DNA from: Camelus ferus
Taxonomy: Eukaryota
Direction of reading: 5' to 3'
NCBI RefSeq assembly: GCF_009834535.1
Contig: NC_045707.1
Coordinates: 48,238,001-48,302,000, forward strand
Length of the DNA: 64,000 nt
Shown: one piece after another, positions 49,593-61,999 of the stretch
Layout: every line of letters begins with the position of its first letter
How positions within the stretch are numbered: position 1 is the stretch's first letter
Notes under the pieces: model-generated
The model's input: the letters and a program-made list of their open reading frames with translations, nothing else
Told to the model about the DNA's origin: nothing
Databases searched by the model: none
Translations under genes and position numbers: made by a program

Positions 49593-50455
49593 ACTAGAGA
49601 AAATGATTAAAATAAAAATCCTGAAATCCTGCAGCATTTTAAATGTCAGCCTAAAAAACCTAAATTTTCTTATGTCTGGGAATGAGGAGACAAGTGACAT
49701 GATCAGGGTTATGCATTAACCATGTAAACCGTAGGTGTGTTGGATAGAAAAAGAGAGAGAGGCCAGAGTCAGGGAAGGAAGTGGTTTTTGCTGGGATCCT
49801 CGTTGCTCCCTGTTTGCTTAGCACTACCCGGGTTTACAGCAGCTATCTCAGTGTAATTATTAATAGTACCCTCTTTCACTCGCAAAAGTATCTTAGTTTG
49901 AATGATAAATTATATGGTTCTCCAAGTTGTTTTGATAGTCAAGGCAAATTAAATCCTACGTTGAATGAGGACAGGAGGAATGGTGAATAGAGAGCCACGA
50001 AGAAGCATAAACGGCAAGAATGATCAAACTTTGAGTCTGAATTTCCCTTTTAACATCAATAAATTCTGCAAATGCCTATGTTCCAGTAGTTGAATTTCTG
50101 GTATCTGTTGCTTGAGAAAATCCATGGTGACAAAATTATATAAATTTAGATAAATAGATAAATTGCTAGACATTTGAAGATTTGTATTACACATTTGAAT
50201 GAGATATTATTCATCTTGTCTAAAGTCACTGCTTGCTGTGTTTCTGGGTTGGTGGACCTCTTGCAAAATTCCAGTTCTCCCTCCACAACTAAGTATCCAT
50301 CCATAGCCCAGAAGGGGAGAATCACTGATTTGCAGGAAAAACTCAAGTTATTTAGCATGACATTCAAGGCATTTGCCAGTCTGGACAGAGTCTAAAGTGG
50401 AGCCTGTGTATTACAAAGGATGGCTAATGGGAAAAAGTGACAATGTGCGTGCATG

Positions 50456-50588
50456 TCCTTTATTTATTTGGTAGTGGGAGGTAATTATGTTTATTTATTT
50501 ATTCTTAGAGGAGGTACTGGGGATTGAACCCAGGACCTCATGCATGCTAAGCATGTGCTCTACCACTTGAGCTATACCCTCCCCTCCA
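50456..50588 (-). mobile_element. Camelid vic-1-type tRNA-derived SINE
   Basis: Minus strand GGGGAGGGTATAGCTCAAGTGGTAGAGCACATGCTTAGCATGCATGAGGTCCTGGGTTCAATCCCCAGTACCTCC with A and B boxes and an AAAT tail; 16-bp TSD acaatgtgYgtgYatg at 50440-50455 and 50589-50604. Confidence 0.93.
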
Positions 50589-50789
50589 ACAATGTGTGTG
50601 TATGGAGGGATGGGGGATAGAGTAAGTGATTGTGGCTTTATGGAAGTTATACTCCCATATAAGAATAAATATAAAATAATTTCCCTATAAAAATAAACAA
50701 AATAATCAATAAGAGAAATATTTGATTTTATCTAATTTATACATTAGGTATCCATGTGGTATTTCCTTTGAGATATTTTTGAAATCCAT

Positions 50790-50980
50790 GAATGTGGTGG
50801 AAAGAACATGGTGAATCAGATTTAAATCCTGGCTCTACAATTTACCAGTCCTGTGAATTTAAGTAAATCCTTAAGGCTATCTGAGCCTCCTTTCCTTCAT
50901 TTATAAAACAGGGTTAATGAAGCCATGTGCAGGTTGTCAGGAGGAGCAAAGTAGACCTTGTATGTGAAATGCTTTAAAAA
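50790..50980 (+). mobile_element. MIR SINE
   Basis: tttaaatcctggctctac...ctatctgagcctcctttccttcatttataaaacaggg...tatgtgaaatgcttt. Confidence 0.75.
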
Positions 50981-50986
50981 CTAAAT

Positions 50987-51529
50987 CAGTGGTTTCAAAC
51001 TTTAGCATACAATAGAATCACTTAGAAGGCTTGTTAAGACATACATTGCTGGGCCCTACCTCCCAGAGATCCTGATTTGACAGAATTTGCATTTCAACAA
51101 GACTGCATGTGTTATATGGACTGAATGTTTGTGTCCCCCTAAGATTCATATGCCAAAATTCTAACCCTCAGCGTGATGATCTTAGGAGGTGGGACCCTTG
51201 GGAGGTCATTAGTTCATAAGGGTGGCACCCTCATGTATGGGATTAGTGCTTTTATGAAAGAAACCCTGAGGTCTCTCTCGCCCTCTTCCTACCACGTGAG
51301 GATACAAGGAGAACAGAGGTTGTTAGCCTGCAACGTGGAAGAAGGCCCTCACCCGACCATGCCGATACCCTGATCTTGGTCTCCCAGTCGCCAAAACTGG
51401 GAGAAATACATTCCTGTTGTTGATAAGCCACCTAGTCTATCGGTAACAATTTGTTCTAACACCCAAACTGACTGAGAGGCCATATGATTTTAATGCTGCT
51501 CCTGTGGTACCACACTTTGAGAATCACTG
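50987..51529 (+). mobile_element. MER5A hAT MITE split by an MLT1A LTR
   Basis: TIRs cagtggtttcaaac...tttgagaatcactg; internal agaatcacttagaaggcttgttaa and agaatttgcatttcaacaag. Confidence 0.85.
51110..51479 (+). mobile_element. MaLR solo LTR, MLT1A-like, nested in MER5A
   Basis: tgttatatggactgaatgtttgtgtccccc...gcaccctcatgtatgggattagtgc...ataagccacctagtctat...aactgactgaga. Confidence 0.9.
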
Positions 51530-53599
51530 CTTTTAGCAAACTTAAATCTTAGTCAAGATAAAAGAGTAACTCCCATCTTCCTAAAGGATAAGTTATTTTC
51601 GGGGTTGGTTGCACGTTATAAAATAAAAGAGACATTGACAAAGAAATGCATGTGACTATTTTACCAGAGAAGGAAAATCTTGGCTATGTGAAGAAAATAA
51701 TAAAGATTGCTAGGAATCATATATTGGTCTCATGCAAAGTAAAGCCAAGGATTATATATCCAGCTTAATTTCAACTTTATAATGATTTCCTTTAATTACT
51801 GTATAGGACCAAACAGGAAGATGCAGTAGTGTGAAATTAATACTGACAACACTGGGCTTGCCTGGGCTCTGCAGATTAACCAGCATTTTACTGCATCAAT
51901 AAAGGAATGAGGAAATAAAATTAAAAACTGATAGTGAATGGAATTACTTATTTGAAGCTAGTGATTATGTCAAGCTGTCACTCCCACGGATGGATTAAGC
52001 ACAGAAAGACAACCAGATAAATTATAAACCACTCTACGACGCTCATATCCATCTAGTCCACAAGCTTGGTTACAATGGAAATCTGAAATCGACTTGGTCA
52101 TGGCAGATTTAGGTTGCGTGTTTAGCATTTCATAGACTTCTAGCATCTTGAAGAGTAGAGATCAAAAAGACCTTAGAGGTCATGTGAGATTAGATTTCAC
52201 TTTTTGAAACATTACACTGAATTATTTAATCTAAAATGGAAAAAATAAAGAGGTTTTCTTCCCTTTTTAAAAAAATCACTGAAATACAATTTAGAGAACA
52301 AGGAATAGTGCCAAATAGTATACCTGTATCAAGTGGAACATAGAAATTACCTTAAAGAATAGCAAGATTATTTCTCTGCACTTTGAATAGACTGTGTTTA
52401 TATAGGGTATAGATTTTATTTCAGTTCCCTTTCCTTTTATTTAATTCTTTTTCTTTCCCCTTCTCTGTTATTCTCATTACCTCAACTCCTTTATAATCTA
52501 GATTCTTAGCTCACTCAAAAGTTGCCTTAAAATTGACTGGAGCACTGACCCCTTATTTACCAACTGATTTCTGGCCAAACTGTCTGATCATAGAGGGTCC
52601 TGGCTTTAGCAGAAAGAAGGCAGCATTTTTCTGTATAGGTAAAAGTAAAGAATCATGGAATATTAGAGTTCAATGTGATCTTAGAGAAGCTCTCCTCCTG
52701 TGTCTCTATCAAATTCTCCCTTGCCTGTGTTCCTCATACCTCACTATTGCAATGGAGACAGTCAAGCATTAGGATTTTGCTAGAAGAGGCATCAATATTA
52801 GCCACAGGATTTTGTTTGTTTTGTAGCTGATCCTTTCTGAAGAGTATAGGATCTAAATACTTTTTTTAGGATGGGACTTTGATCACAAAGTATTGAAGCA
52901 GAATGGAATCTGGACCCTGAAGAAAAGGTAGAAAAGGAAAAAGTGAAGGAGATTATGGGACTCCAGGCATACAGCTAAAGATGGACTATCCATCGTTTGA
53001 GAAGTTACCTGGGTGGTCACACTGAGGATCAAGATTGATCTCTTTCAGGTAAGGACAAAATTCAGCCCCCGATTAGTCACTGGGGGCATAATGGCTAAAT
53101 TTTAACAAATATGATGGAATGCAAAATCTTACTAGATATATTTGTAAGGCTGCTGTCACACAGCCAACCCTTTCTGTTTGGCTAGGATTCCCAGTGGGAA
53201 AAAGAACATTATGACTGGAGTTTTTCTTTAAGAATTTGCTATCAAATAATTCCCCCATGTGAAATTCATCATAGGAGTTCTTTGACATCCCCCTTCAACA
53301 ATCTCAAAACCTGGGGAAAAATCATCCAGTCTTCCAGTTAGAAGGGTTCCCTGGTCACATAGGAAATGGCTGATCTGATTTTGGGTTTATCTCTTCATTC
53401 TCCATGACAAAGGCTTCATTGAAGCCTTTCAATGATAGAAAGTGATGGAGTTTTCAGTGATGGAGCTCTAACTGTTTTCCATTTTTTGCACAGTTTTATT
53501 GTTGAAGCATCCTTTCAAATGAAAAACTCTCTCCCCAGATGAGAAAGTGGAGCTAATCCAAGCCCCTAATGGATTAAGTCTGACTTTTCTAAATGCTCT

Positions 53600-53835
53600 G
53601 TATACTTATACTGTATAGTAGCTAAGTCTCTTTAGTACTTACTGTTCAAGAACTTTGCACTAAGCCCTCATAGTAATGCTAGGTACCATTATTATACTCA
53701 TTTTATAGATGAGAAAGCCAAAGTATAGAAATATTAAGTATATCACCTAAGGTCACTTGGGATTTAAATGAAAGAGCTGGTATTTGCACCCAGGCAGTCT
53801 TCTTACTAGAGCCCATGGCCTTACCCACTAGGCAA
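53600..53835 (-). mobile_element. MIR SINE
   Basis: ccattattatactcattttatagatgagaaagccaaag...cctaaggtcac...gagctggtatttgcacccaggcagtct. Confidence 0.8.
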
Positions 53836-56277
53836 ATGACTTTTGATCTAATGATGGAAAATATTTTTCTGTGCCTTCTCCATCCTCTGGATATCTCTGT
53901 TCTTCAAATAGAAAAGTGTCACTGGTTCTCTAGTTAGACCCAGGGTCTCTGATACACCCAAAAAGACAATCTATGTTTAGGCTTATTTCTTAGTGTCATT
54001 CAATAAATTAAATTGAATACAACTAAATATACTTCTTAGTGGGGTAGAGGATAAATGAAAGTCAATGGGAGACATACTTTGTGGAATAGGCAGCTTTAGA
54101 GCTTACAAGTGGTATGTTAACAGGTTTTTATTCAATGTCATTGTAAGAAATTGACCTCAGATGCTAGAAAATGGAACTGCTTATGGAAATCTCAGATTCA
54201 TCCATACCAAGCATATATTTTTCACAGTTCTTTCCAGCTTGCCTCCCACTTACTGTCAGAGCAATAAGAAAACATACAAATGGAGAAGAAATGTAAGCTT
54301 TTTAAAGAGCATTCAAACACAACTGAGGAAGACAGATTTTTTTTTTAAAGCTTTTAACCTGTGCTTTCTGGGTTATCTAATGATAAACTAACAAGACCAA
54401 AGAAAACTTTGTATGCAAAGGATCGACTTGTTTTCTATAGAAAAGAGAAGCTACTGCTTTCTCTTTCTCTTTCTCCCTCTCATATATAGCTCATTATTAT
54501 CACCAATGCCTATTTCTATCATTCTGAAAATTATTTAAAAGAAGCAATTAGTACAACATATTAAAAATATAAGGAAAATGAAAACAGAGGCAGCCACCAG
54601 ATGAAACAAATTAAATCAGGTGGTGAATCTTAAAAGCAATAACAACTTTTATTCAAAGCTAAAGGGATCATAATGATAAAAGTAATATCGGAACCCTAAG
54701 GTGTTTCTTCAAACCCAATTACTGTTATGAATATTTACAGTAAATATATGTATGCCTTAAACTCAAGAGTTTCTTAAGAAACTAAACAATAGAGGGAAAT
54801 TTAGTTGTTCCTTTCTTATATACTTACCAGAAGTCCACTGGATAAGAGATAAAAATAAAGAGTGTGTTCAGTATGCATGGGATTTCCCTTGCAAAGAGTT
54901 GCCAGTTTAGGTGGTACAGGCAACCTTTTCTGTCTTGGGAATACTGTTGAACCTGATGGCGATGTTTGAGAATTACTCTACATTTCTCATCCACTGATGA
55001 AGTATCTCTAAGACACAAATCTAAGACACACACATAAGAAACTAAGACCAAGTCTTTAAAATTCTAAGACAAAATAGAGCCTTATATGTATAACCAAAAA
55101 GTGAATCATTCCAATTATTAAAAACAAAGTACACCTCAGAGTTTAATTTTTCATCATCTGGCAATCTTCGCTGTAAACTCCAGTGTGGATAAAGTATGCT
55201 GAATAGGTACTGGCGTGTTTGGGTCATTGTCATTACTTAACTACCCATTTGAGGTTAGAGACTGATAACTAATATCACTATTGGATGTAAAACATCATAT
55301 CAGATACATTAAGGTTAGATTTTTATGTAAGACTTTTTTTTAGAGGGAAGGGAAATAAACGAGAACCCACAATATGAAGTTGAGAAGACATCTGTCACAG
55401 TGGCCAAGCCTCCAGTAAGCTGGATTAATGATTATGAATCTATTACTGTTGAAATATTACATAAAGCTGTGGGAATAGAAAGCTTTTCAAATTACACAGA
55501 GAGTAATCAACAGCCAACAGCAATAGCCCCATGCTCTCACACCTGCTGCTTGCCTCCCATGGGAATACATGCATCTCCAAGGCTGGAATTATTGGCAAGA
55601 CAGGAGTTTTCTTTCACTTTTAGTTTGACTTTCAAATTATAAAATAAACCATTGGTTAGCCAACCCCACAAGAAGGGTGATAGGAACTACGCTATTAAGG
55701 CACCTTTGGTATAGGCAGTGCTTTTTCCTCAACATCTCAAATCCAAGTACTAAAGCTTGCTCTCTGGTGATCTCTTTCTCTGTTCTCTCTCTACCACATA
55801 AATCACATGTTTTAAGAACACTCAAAGTTCTAAAAACTCACAATATATCTCAAGGAAAGAGAGAGTCAGAGGGAGATCTGGGAGGGACGGAGAGAGAGAG
55901 ATAGAAAATGGAAGAAATGTGAAGAGTTTCTTTAGAAATTAGAATAAAATTCTAAAACAAACATTTTTGAATTTTGAGAATAGAAATTTTAGCTATTGTA
56001 AATCCAATTGTAGGTTCAGAATCTATTGACCCAAATCATAAGCTACGGAGTGCTGGTTACTGTACCTGGTGGTCTGCATTGATTGTGAACAAAAGATGGA
56101 ATGTCTGATTTCATGTCTAGCACATAATGTACTGTCCACTCTTGAAAAGTATAGTCATTGATACTGATTTGAGGTTAAGATACCTGAGCTTCCTTTATAA
56201 CCTTTAGTCTCATTTGCATTCTATCCATACAAACATGATAGTTGGCACCACTTTAGCCTGCATAACAACTTCATGTG

Positions 56278-56358
56278 GGGGAGGGAATAGCTCAGTGGTA
56301 GAGCTCATGTTTGGCATGCACAAGGTCCTGGGTTCAATCCCCAGCGCCTCCATTAAAA

Positions 56359-56393
<35 letters not shown>

Positions 56394-56406
56394 CCTCCCC
56401 CCCCCA
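56278..56406 (+). mobile_element. Camelid vic-1-type tRNA-derived SINE
   Basis: gggagggaatagctcagtggtagagctcatgtttggcatgcacaaggtcctgggttcaatccccagcgcctccatt, (AAAT)n and C tract; perfect 14-bp TSD aacaacttcatgtg at 56264-56277 and 56407-56420. Confidence 0.95.
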
Positions 56407-57619
56407 AACAACTTCATGTGAATTTGAAAAGGGTGCCCCCTCCCCAAGATGTGTTCTTATCATCTGCCATAAACACACAAATAAATTACGACCAGCATGT
56501 GAAATACCCCCCAGACCTGTGCAGCACACCCCTTGTACGACTATTTTGGTAGGCTGTGTAGGACTGCTTCCCCATGATTCTAGTCGGCTGGCTCTTGGCC
56601 ACCCCATGCTAAGCTGTATTCACCTGGGTACATCCTGATCTCCTATTCTGATCCAGCCTGACATCTCCAGACACACTAGTTTGCACATTAGTTGGCAACT
56701 CATACTAGTAGTGTTTGTGGTGCACATCTTCACTTATTTTTATACTTGCACTTTGGTTTTGATCCCATTCACTCCCTGACTCTTGACTACTCCCCTTATT
56801 TAGGTCATTTTTTATAGAACGTTCACGATAGTAATCAAGCTGTATTTTACATGCCATACACACACATATATACATGTGGATGGTCACATTTTGATATAAA
56901 ACTGGTCAAAGTCAGAATAAAGATTCCTTTGAAAAATTATATATGTCAAAAGATGTTTGCAAATATTTTGCTGAAGAAGACTAGGAAATACTCCAACAGG
57001 AACACAATGACATCCTTAGGTACCCTTAGTTACCATGGAAGGTGACTAAAGCAATTGCTATTTGGAGAAGGCAGACTGCATACAAAAGGGAGAAAGTCAA
57101 GAATTTTCAGTGTTTATCCTACACTACCTAGTGGAAACTGCTCCCTTATCCTAGAGGTATGCCCTACTTACTTAGAAGTGTTCTTTCCTTAGAGAAAGGA
57201 CAATTCATCTGCCAATAATTATCTGATGTGATTGTGCCAGTTTTTAACAAGCAGCTGATCTATAACTTAGTCTCCCGAGAGGTCTTACATCCAGGATCAG
57301 TTATGATTCTTCACTCAGGCCTATTTTTCACTGTATTAAATTGGGGCTAAAGTTTTTTTTTTTTTTTAAGCTGTCTCCTATGAGTTAGTTTAATGTTAAT
57401 TCCCTAGGATCTGAAATACTATATATAGATAAGTTGATCAAATACAGTTCTGTTCAGAAAACCTGACAGTCCGACCCAGATACACTTAAATGATCCCAGG
57501 ATACTATAGACCAGCATGGGGGACCTGTCTAGAGCAACTAGGAAGATTCTCTCTTGAATATTTGACATCTTAATGCCCCAATAGATGAGATAGATGCCTA
57601 TTAAAATATTTATTTGAAA

Positions 57620-58141
57620 CTGGGGAAGCAATCACTCTACATGGTCACAGGTGTAGCTCCCAGTAACCATCCTGGTTCTGCATGGCTCACAACCATCTAG
57701 TAGGTGGCTGAAGATAGAAGGTGGACAGAATTACACAGCTGCACACTGTTGATTGGAACAGGGGTTATCATTTAACTCACTCTGTACAATTAAAGGTCCT
57801 TCTCCAGGAATTTGAAATTTGAACTGAGAGAATTTTAATTGTTTCTTTTGGCTGAGATTGTCAAGTTAGTTTGAAAGCCATGAATGGTCACGTGTACCGG
57901 GAAGCAGAGAGAGAAAGAGAAATGCCAAAGCCAAGTAGAGATGCAAATATGAGAAACAGGATAAAAATCCTGTGATGCTCCTGACAGCTTTCCTCTTATT
58001 GATTCTGGTCCTTTCACATGTCTGGACATCACTCTACCCTTGGGGGCTACAAGACACTCCAGGAGCCTCACTGCCCTCTTTTTTTTTTGCTTAAGTTAAT
58101 TTATGTTTTCAGTACTTACTACAAAAGTCTTAATTACTACA
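57620..58141 (+). mobile_element. Old MaLR LTR (MLT1J/K-like)
   Basis: tgattggaacagggg...ttctccaggaatttgaaatttgaactgagag...ttttttgcttaagttaattt...aaaagtcttaattactaca. Confidence 0.6.
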
Positions 58142-58204
58142 AGTCTATAATTCTACATGATCATCAATACACCTGATCTTCTTGCTCATTAGCTTAGTCA
58201 ACAG

Positions 58205-58392
58205 AATTCTTATTTTAATGAATCCCAAAGTCATCTGTATCCTAGGGCGAGTCACTTAACAAGAGTCTTAGTTTGAAGAATCGTGTATAATACTTCATAG
58301 AGTTGCAAGAATGAAATGATTATATATACATATATATGAAATATGAACAACAGAACCAGGCACACAGAGAAAGCACCAAGTATATTTAAATT
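58205..58392 (+). mobile_element. MIR SINE fragment
   Basis: ctagggcgagtcacttaac...tacttcatagagttgcaagaatgaaatga...gaaccaggcacacag. Confidence 0.6.
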
Positions 58393-59518
58393 TTATAATT
58401 ATTTACATTAATATGATTAACTATGATCTTTTCATGAGCTTTCTACAATAAAAAAACATTTGAAATGTTCTTTATACTTTAGCTTAACTCGTATCTCCAA
58501 AATGGAGTTTTTATTAGTACTTAGAAATACTCCATAGATTTATTCATTCATTAATTACTACATTCATTCATTCAAGCAACAAGTTATTGGACACTTCTTA
58601 TGTTCATGTATATTTCTTTTTGTAGAAAAATTACTATCCAGCTACTGTTTAGAAACAATCTTACTATATTGTTCAATGTAGGATTTTAATTAATAAGATG
58701 CTTTCTCTTGAATTACATCTTATCTGCATTAATCATTTGGCTTCAGAGGAAAAAAAACTGATGTTCTTTGAAGATAATTCTGTAGTATATAGCTAGATGT
58801 GAATGTTTGTTTAATAAACAAAAGAGATACAAAACTGAGTATATTTTAAGGTTTTATGATTACTCAGGTGACTGAATTACTGAGAGGATGGACAGAATCC
58901 CACTAGGGATGCTTCCATATGCCTTCATCCTGATCGTTCTCTAAAAAAAGGATTCTTTGATGCCCAACAGGCCCACTGAGTATTTGAGGCTTATTCAAAA
59001 GGTCACATTTTGGGGCAAGACTTCATTCATATAGCCTGGATGGGCTAAAATACAAAGGAATGTAAAGTCTTCAAAGTTTGAGTTCTTACTATAAGGATTT
59101 CTGGACTGATTTCTTAGATTTCTTTAACTTGAGAGTTCCATTTGGAAATGTCATTCTCAAGAGGGTTTCAACTGGACATGAAGTCACCACCACCACACAA
59201 CAAGATGTGTGTTGATGCCAACACACAAGAACCTGGCACGGACAAATGTCAATGAAAAACTTTCCTCTGAGCAGTTTGAGATGATACTCCTAGAAACTAT
59301 TGAAAACGTTACTGAAATCAACATTTGTCTCTCTGGTTCACTTAAGAGAGCTGAGAAGGTCAAGCTATTAAACCAAACCTGGGCACTATAACATGATATC
59401 AGCAGTTTTTACCCCTCATAAGTTGCCACTGTAACATTTCTTTGAACATTTTCTAGTTTAGGAGTTTCCAAGATTCAATCTTATGTTTTCTACCCTAATA
59501 CCTTCTTCATTTCTTATC

Positions 59519-59932
59519 CTGTAGCTCTCAGCTCTATCAGATAAAAAATCTTTTTATAACAAATATTTTGTAATATACCCTTTATTTTTCTGAAATGAAG
59601 TTAATCGATGACAAAACTACTAACAATGTCATTTTTAAAAATCTAATATCCTAGCTGTAACAATTTTAAGAAATGAAAGTAGTTTTATTAAAATAATATG
59701 CACAACTACAGTAGAACATAAATGATTCCATCTGATGCCTGCACCTGGCTGTCGAGAAGTTACTTAAAAATTAAATAAGACAACTCTGTGCATTTGCAGG
59801 ATACTTAGCATTCTTTGTTTCCACTCACTAAATACCTTAGCACATTCATCATTGATACAAGCAAAAAATGTCCTCCATAAAATTCTAGAACCCCCCCCTT
59901 AGAAGCAGTGCTACCCTCCTTGCTAACCATTA
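59519..59932 (+). mobile_element. hAT-Charlie MITE (MER113-like)
   Basis: ctctatcaga...tttttataacaaatattttgtaat 5' part; ttgcaggatacttagcat...cactaaatacc...cccccttagaagcagtgctaccctccttgctaaccatta 3' part. Confidence 0.65.
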
Positions 59933-60904
59933 CCATTACCATTTCTAAAAGGAAATTAAACCATAATTCCAAATGACAGCAGTTAGTCAATAAAGCAACT
60001 TTACTTATCAATATATATTGTGTATATTGTTGACTAATATCATATCACAATTTTTCAAAAATAAACAGTTCCCAGCTCTCCCAAATGCAAAGACAATTAT
60101 TTCTAAAGAGTTTTCATTTGTGATTTTTATTTGAGAAATTGACAATGGTTTCAGGCACAGAAACAGAGTAATGTAAGTACTGTTTTTCATGAAGTGCTAA
60201 ACTCTGTTGCAAGACTTTGAGAAATTATGCAAGTCTTGAGGTACAATTACAAGGTATGCAGGTTTTTAAAGGGTAAAAACTATTAAATGGAAACACTGGT
60301 TTCCACCTGAAAGTTCCCATGCCTTGGTCTACTCTTGTTGCAAGATAATCTTGGTGGTAAGAGCACCAGGGCAGTCCACACATGAAGAGAAATAATAATG
60401 ATCCTGATAGAATATAAAGTCCAAAGATTAGTTACAGGAGACTTGTCCTAGGTGTCCAGGCAGTTGCTTTAAAGAGAGTTTTACCTGTAAGTTTGAGAGA
60501 TGTACGTTCAGACTGTTTTCAGACTCTGATGTGGTTATGATTAAAAAAAAAGCAGTTTCCCTTCTTCTAGTTTAGATGGTTATCCTAATGCTTGTGTTTA
60601 TATCAGTATCTCCACCTATAATTTAACTATCTATTTTTCTGTGGTAATACATGGGATATTTTGGTGCCTGGAGTGAACAAAAATGACCCATCCATCAGAA
60701 GAGGTACAGGAACTGCCTTCAATCGTACTGTCTTAACAGCTCCTAAATGTATTGCTACTTGAATAAAAATTATGAAAAATATATACATATAATTTTCTAA
60801 ATGAAAATTTAGTCACAATCAACTACAGTTTTAGAAGGCCCTGGACATTCCTCCTATTAGTCAGTTAACAAGATAGCCCAGTACAGAGAACAAGGGTCGC
60901 ATAG

Positions 60905-61140
60905 AAAGGCAGTAAAATTATTGACTAAGCATTAATTTTGGACCTAGACTGCCTGCTTCCTAGCTGTGCTAACATAATATATGTATCTATTTTGAGCTCC
61001 ATTTTTTTTTTTGGTAAAATGGTGTAATATTAGTATCTCCCTCATAAGTGATCTAGAACTGCAAGGAGCTTCCCACGTAAAGTGCTCAGACAGTGCCTAC
61101 CACTGGATAAGCACTCTGTAAATACTACTGGTATTATTGC
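60905..61140 (+). mobile_element. MIR SINE
   Basis: gtaaaatggtgtaatattagtatctccctcataag...cgtaaagtgctcagacagtgcct...taagcactctgtaaata. Confidence 0.75.
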
Positions 61141-61277
61141 TTGGCTCTTCAGTTCCATCAGTTTTTATTTTTAGGTAAAGTCCTGGGCGAAAAAAAGGAA
61201 AAGGTCTGAATGGAACACTGTTTAGGCCAGTTTGTGACCACTCTGGTTGGAGCAGCATATTACTGTGTGTCCATGCC

Positions 61278-61999
61278 TGTTACCGACACTCATGTCTGGC
61301 TGCGTGCCACTGGAACGCCAATATGAAGAGAGGCACATGACGGTGGAAAGGAAAGTTTGCTTTATTTTGGAGGCCGGCATCTGGAGGAGGGGAAAGGGCA
61401 GACTTCTGTCCAAAGGCCAACTCCTCCTTCTGCCCTGGACAATCAGTGGGCGAGAGCTTTAGAAAGGGAGTTTCAGGGGTGCAAAGGCGGAGGGAGGGGG
61501 CTACGTGCGGAACAGCACGGTCAGCGCTGGCAGTCATCTTGAAGTCATCATGCAGTGGTCTGATCAGTGTCATCTCAATTGTTTTAAGTACAGTTCATCT
61601 TTAGTTCCAGGGTCGGTTTGTTCCCATTTCCTTGAGGCCATTTCTCAGAATCATGACAGCTTATGTCATGGCTACCGTCTGGTCATCATGTAGTTAACTT
61701 CCTCCACCTGGCAGGGGTTTCTGTATCTACAAAACAGCTCAGGAGATATGGCTCAGAATATTATCTGTAGCCTTTGAGGAGAAACTAAAGGTCCCTGACT
61801 TTGTTTAATGACTAAACTATTATTATCTTGTTTTGCTTGACTATTTCCCTTTGTTTCTGTATTTTCTTATTTCTATGATTAAACTTATTCTCTTACTACA
61901 GTCTTTCCACAGACAAGAGGCTGGCAGAGGACATGGTGGGATGGTCTGTCCTGGGATGGCCTGTCCTGGGAAGGCCCCATAGGGTCCTGCTCTGTTTCA
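61278..61999 (-). mobile_element. Complete ERV1-type solo LTR (possibly MER41-like)
   Basis: TG...CA termini (minus strand TGAAACAGAGCAGGACCC...GTCGGTAACA); AATAAA on the minus strand at 61361-61366; 4-bp TSD tgcc (61274-61277) / tgtc (62000-62003); more CpGs retained than in the flanks. Confidence 0.85.

Noticed and set aside
55150..55200. Minus-strand peptide HTLSTLEFTAKIAR, faintly like the kinesin ETLSTL motif
   Set aside because: It is very short, ends in a stop, has a weak acceptor and no other motor-domain exons appear nearby; treated as coincidence.
56278..56352. tRNA-like sequence with A and B boxes (also at 50510-50585)
   Set aside because: It is a SINE head: it has an AT-rich tail and TSDs and lacks a proper acceptor stem.
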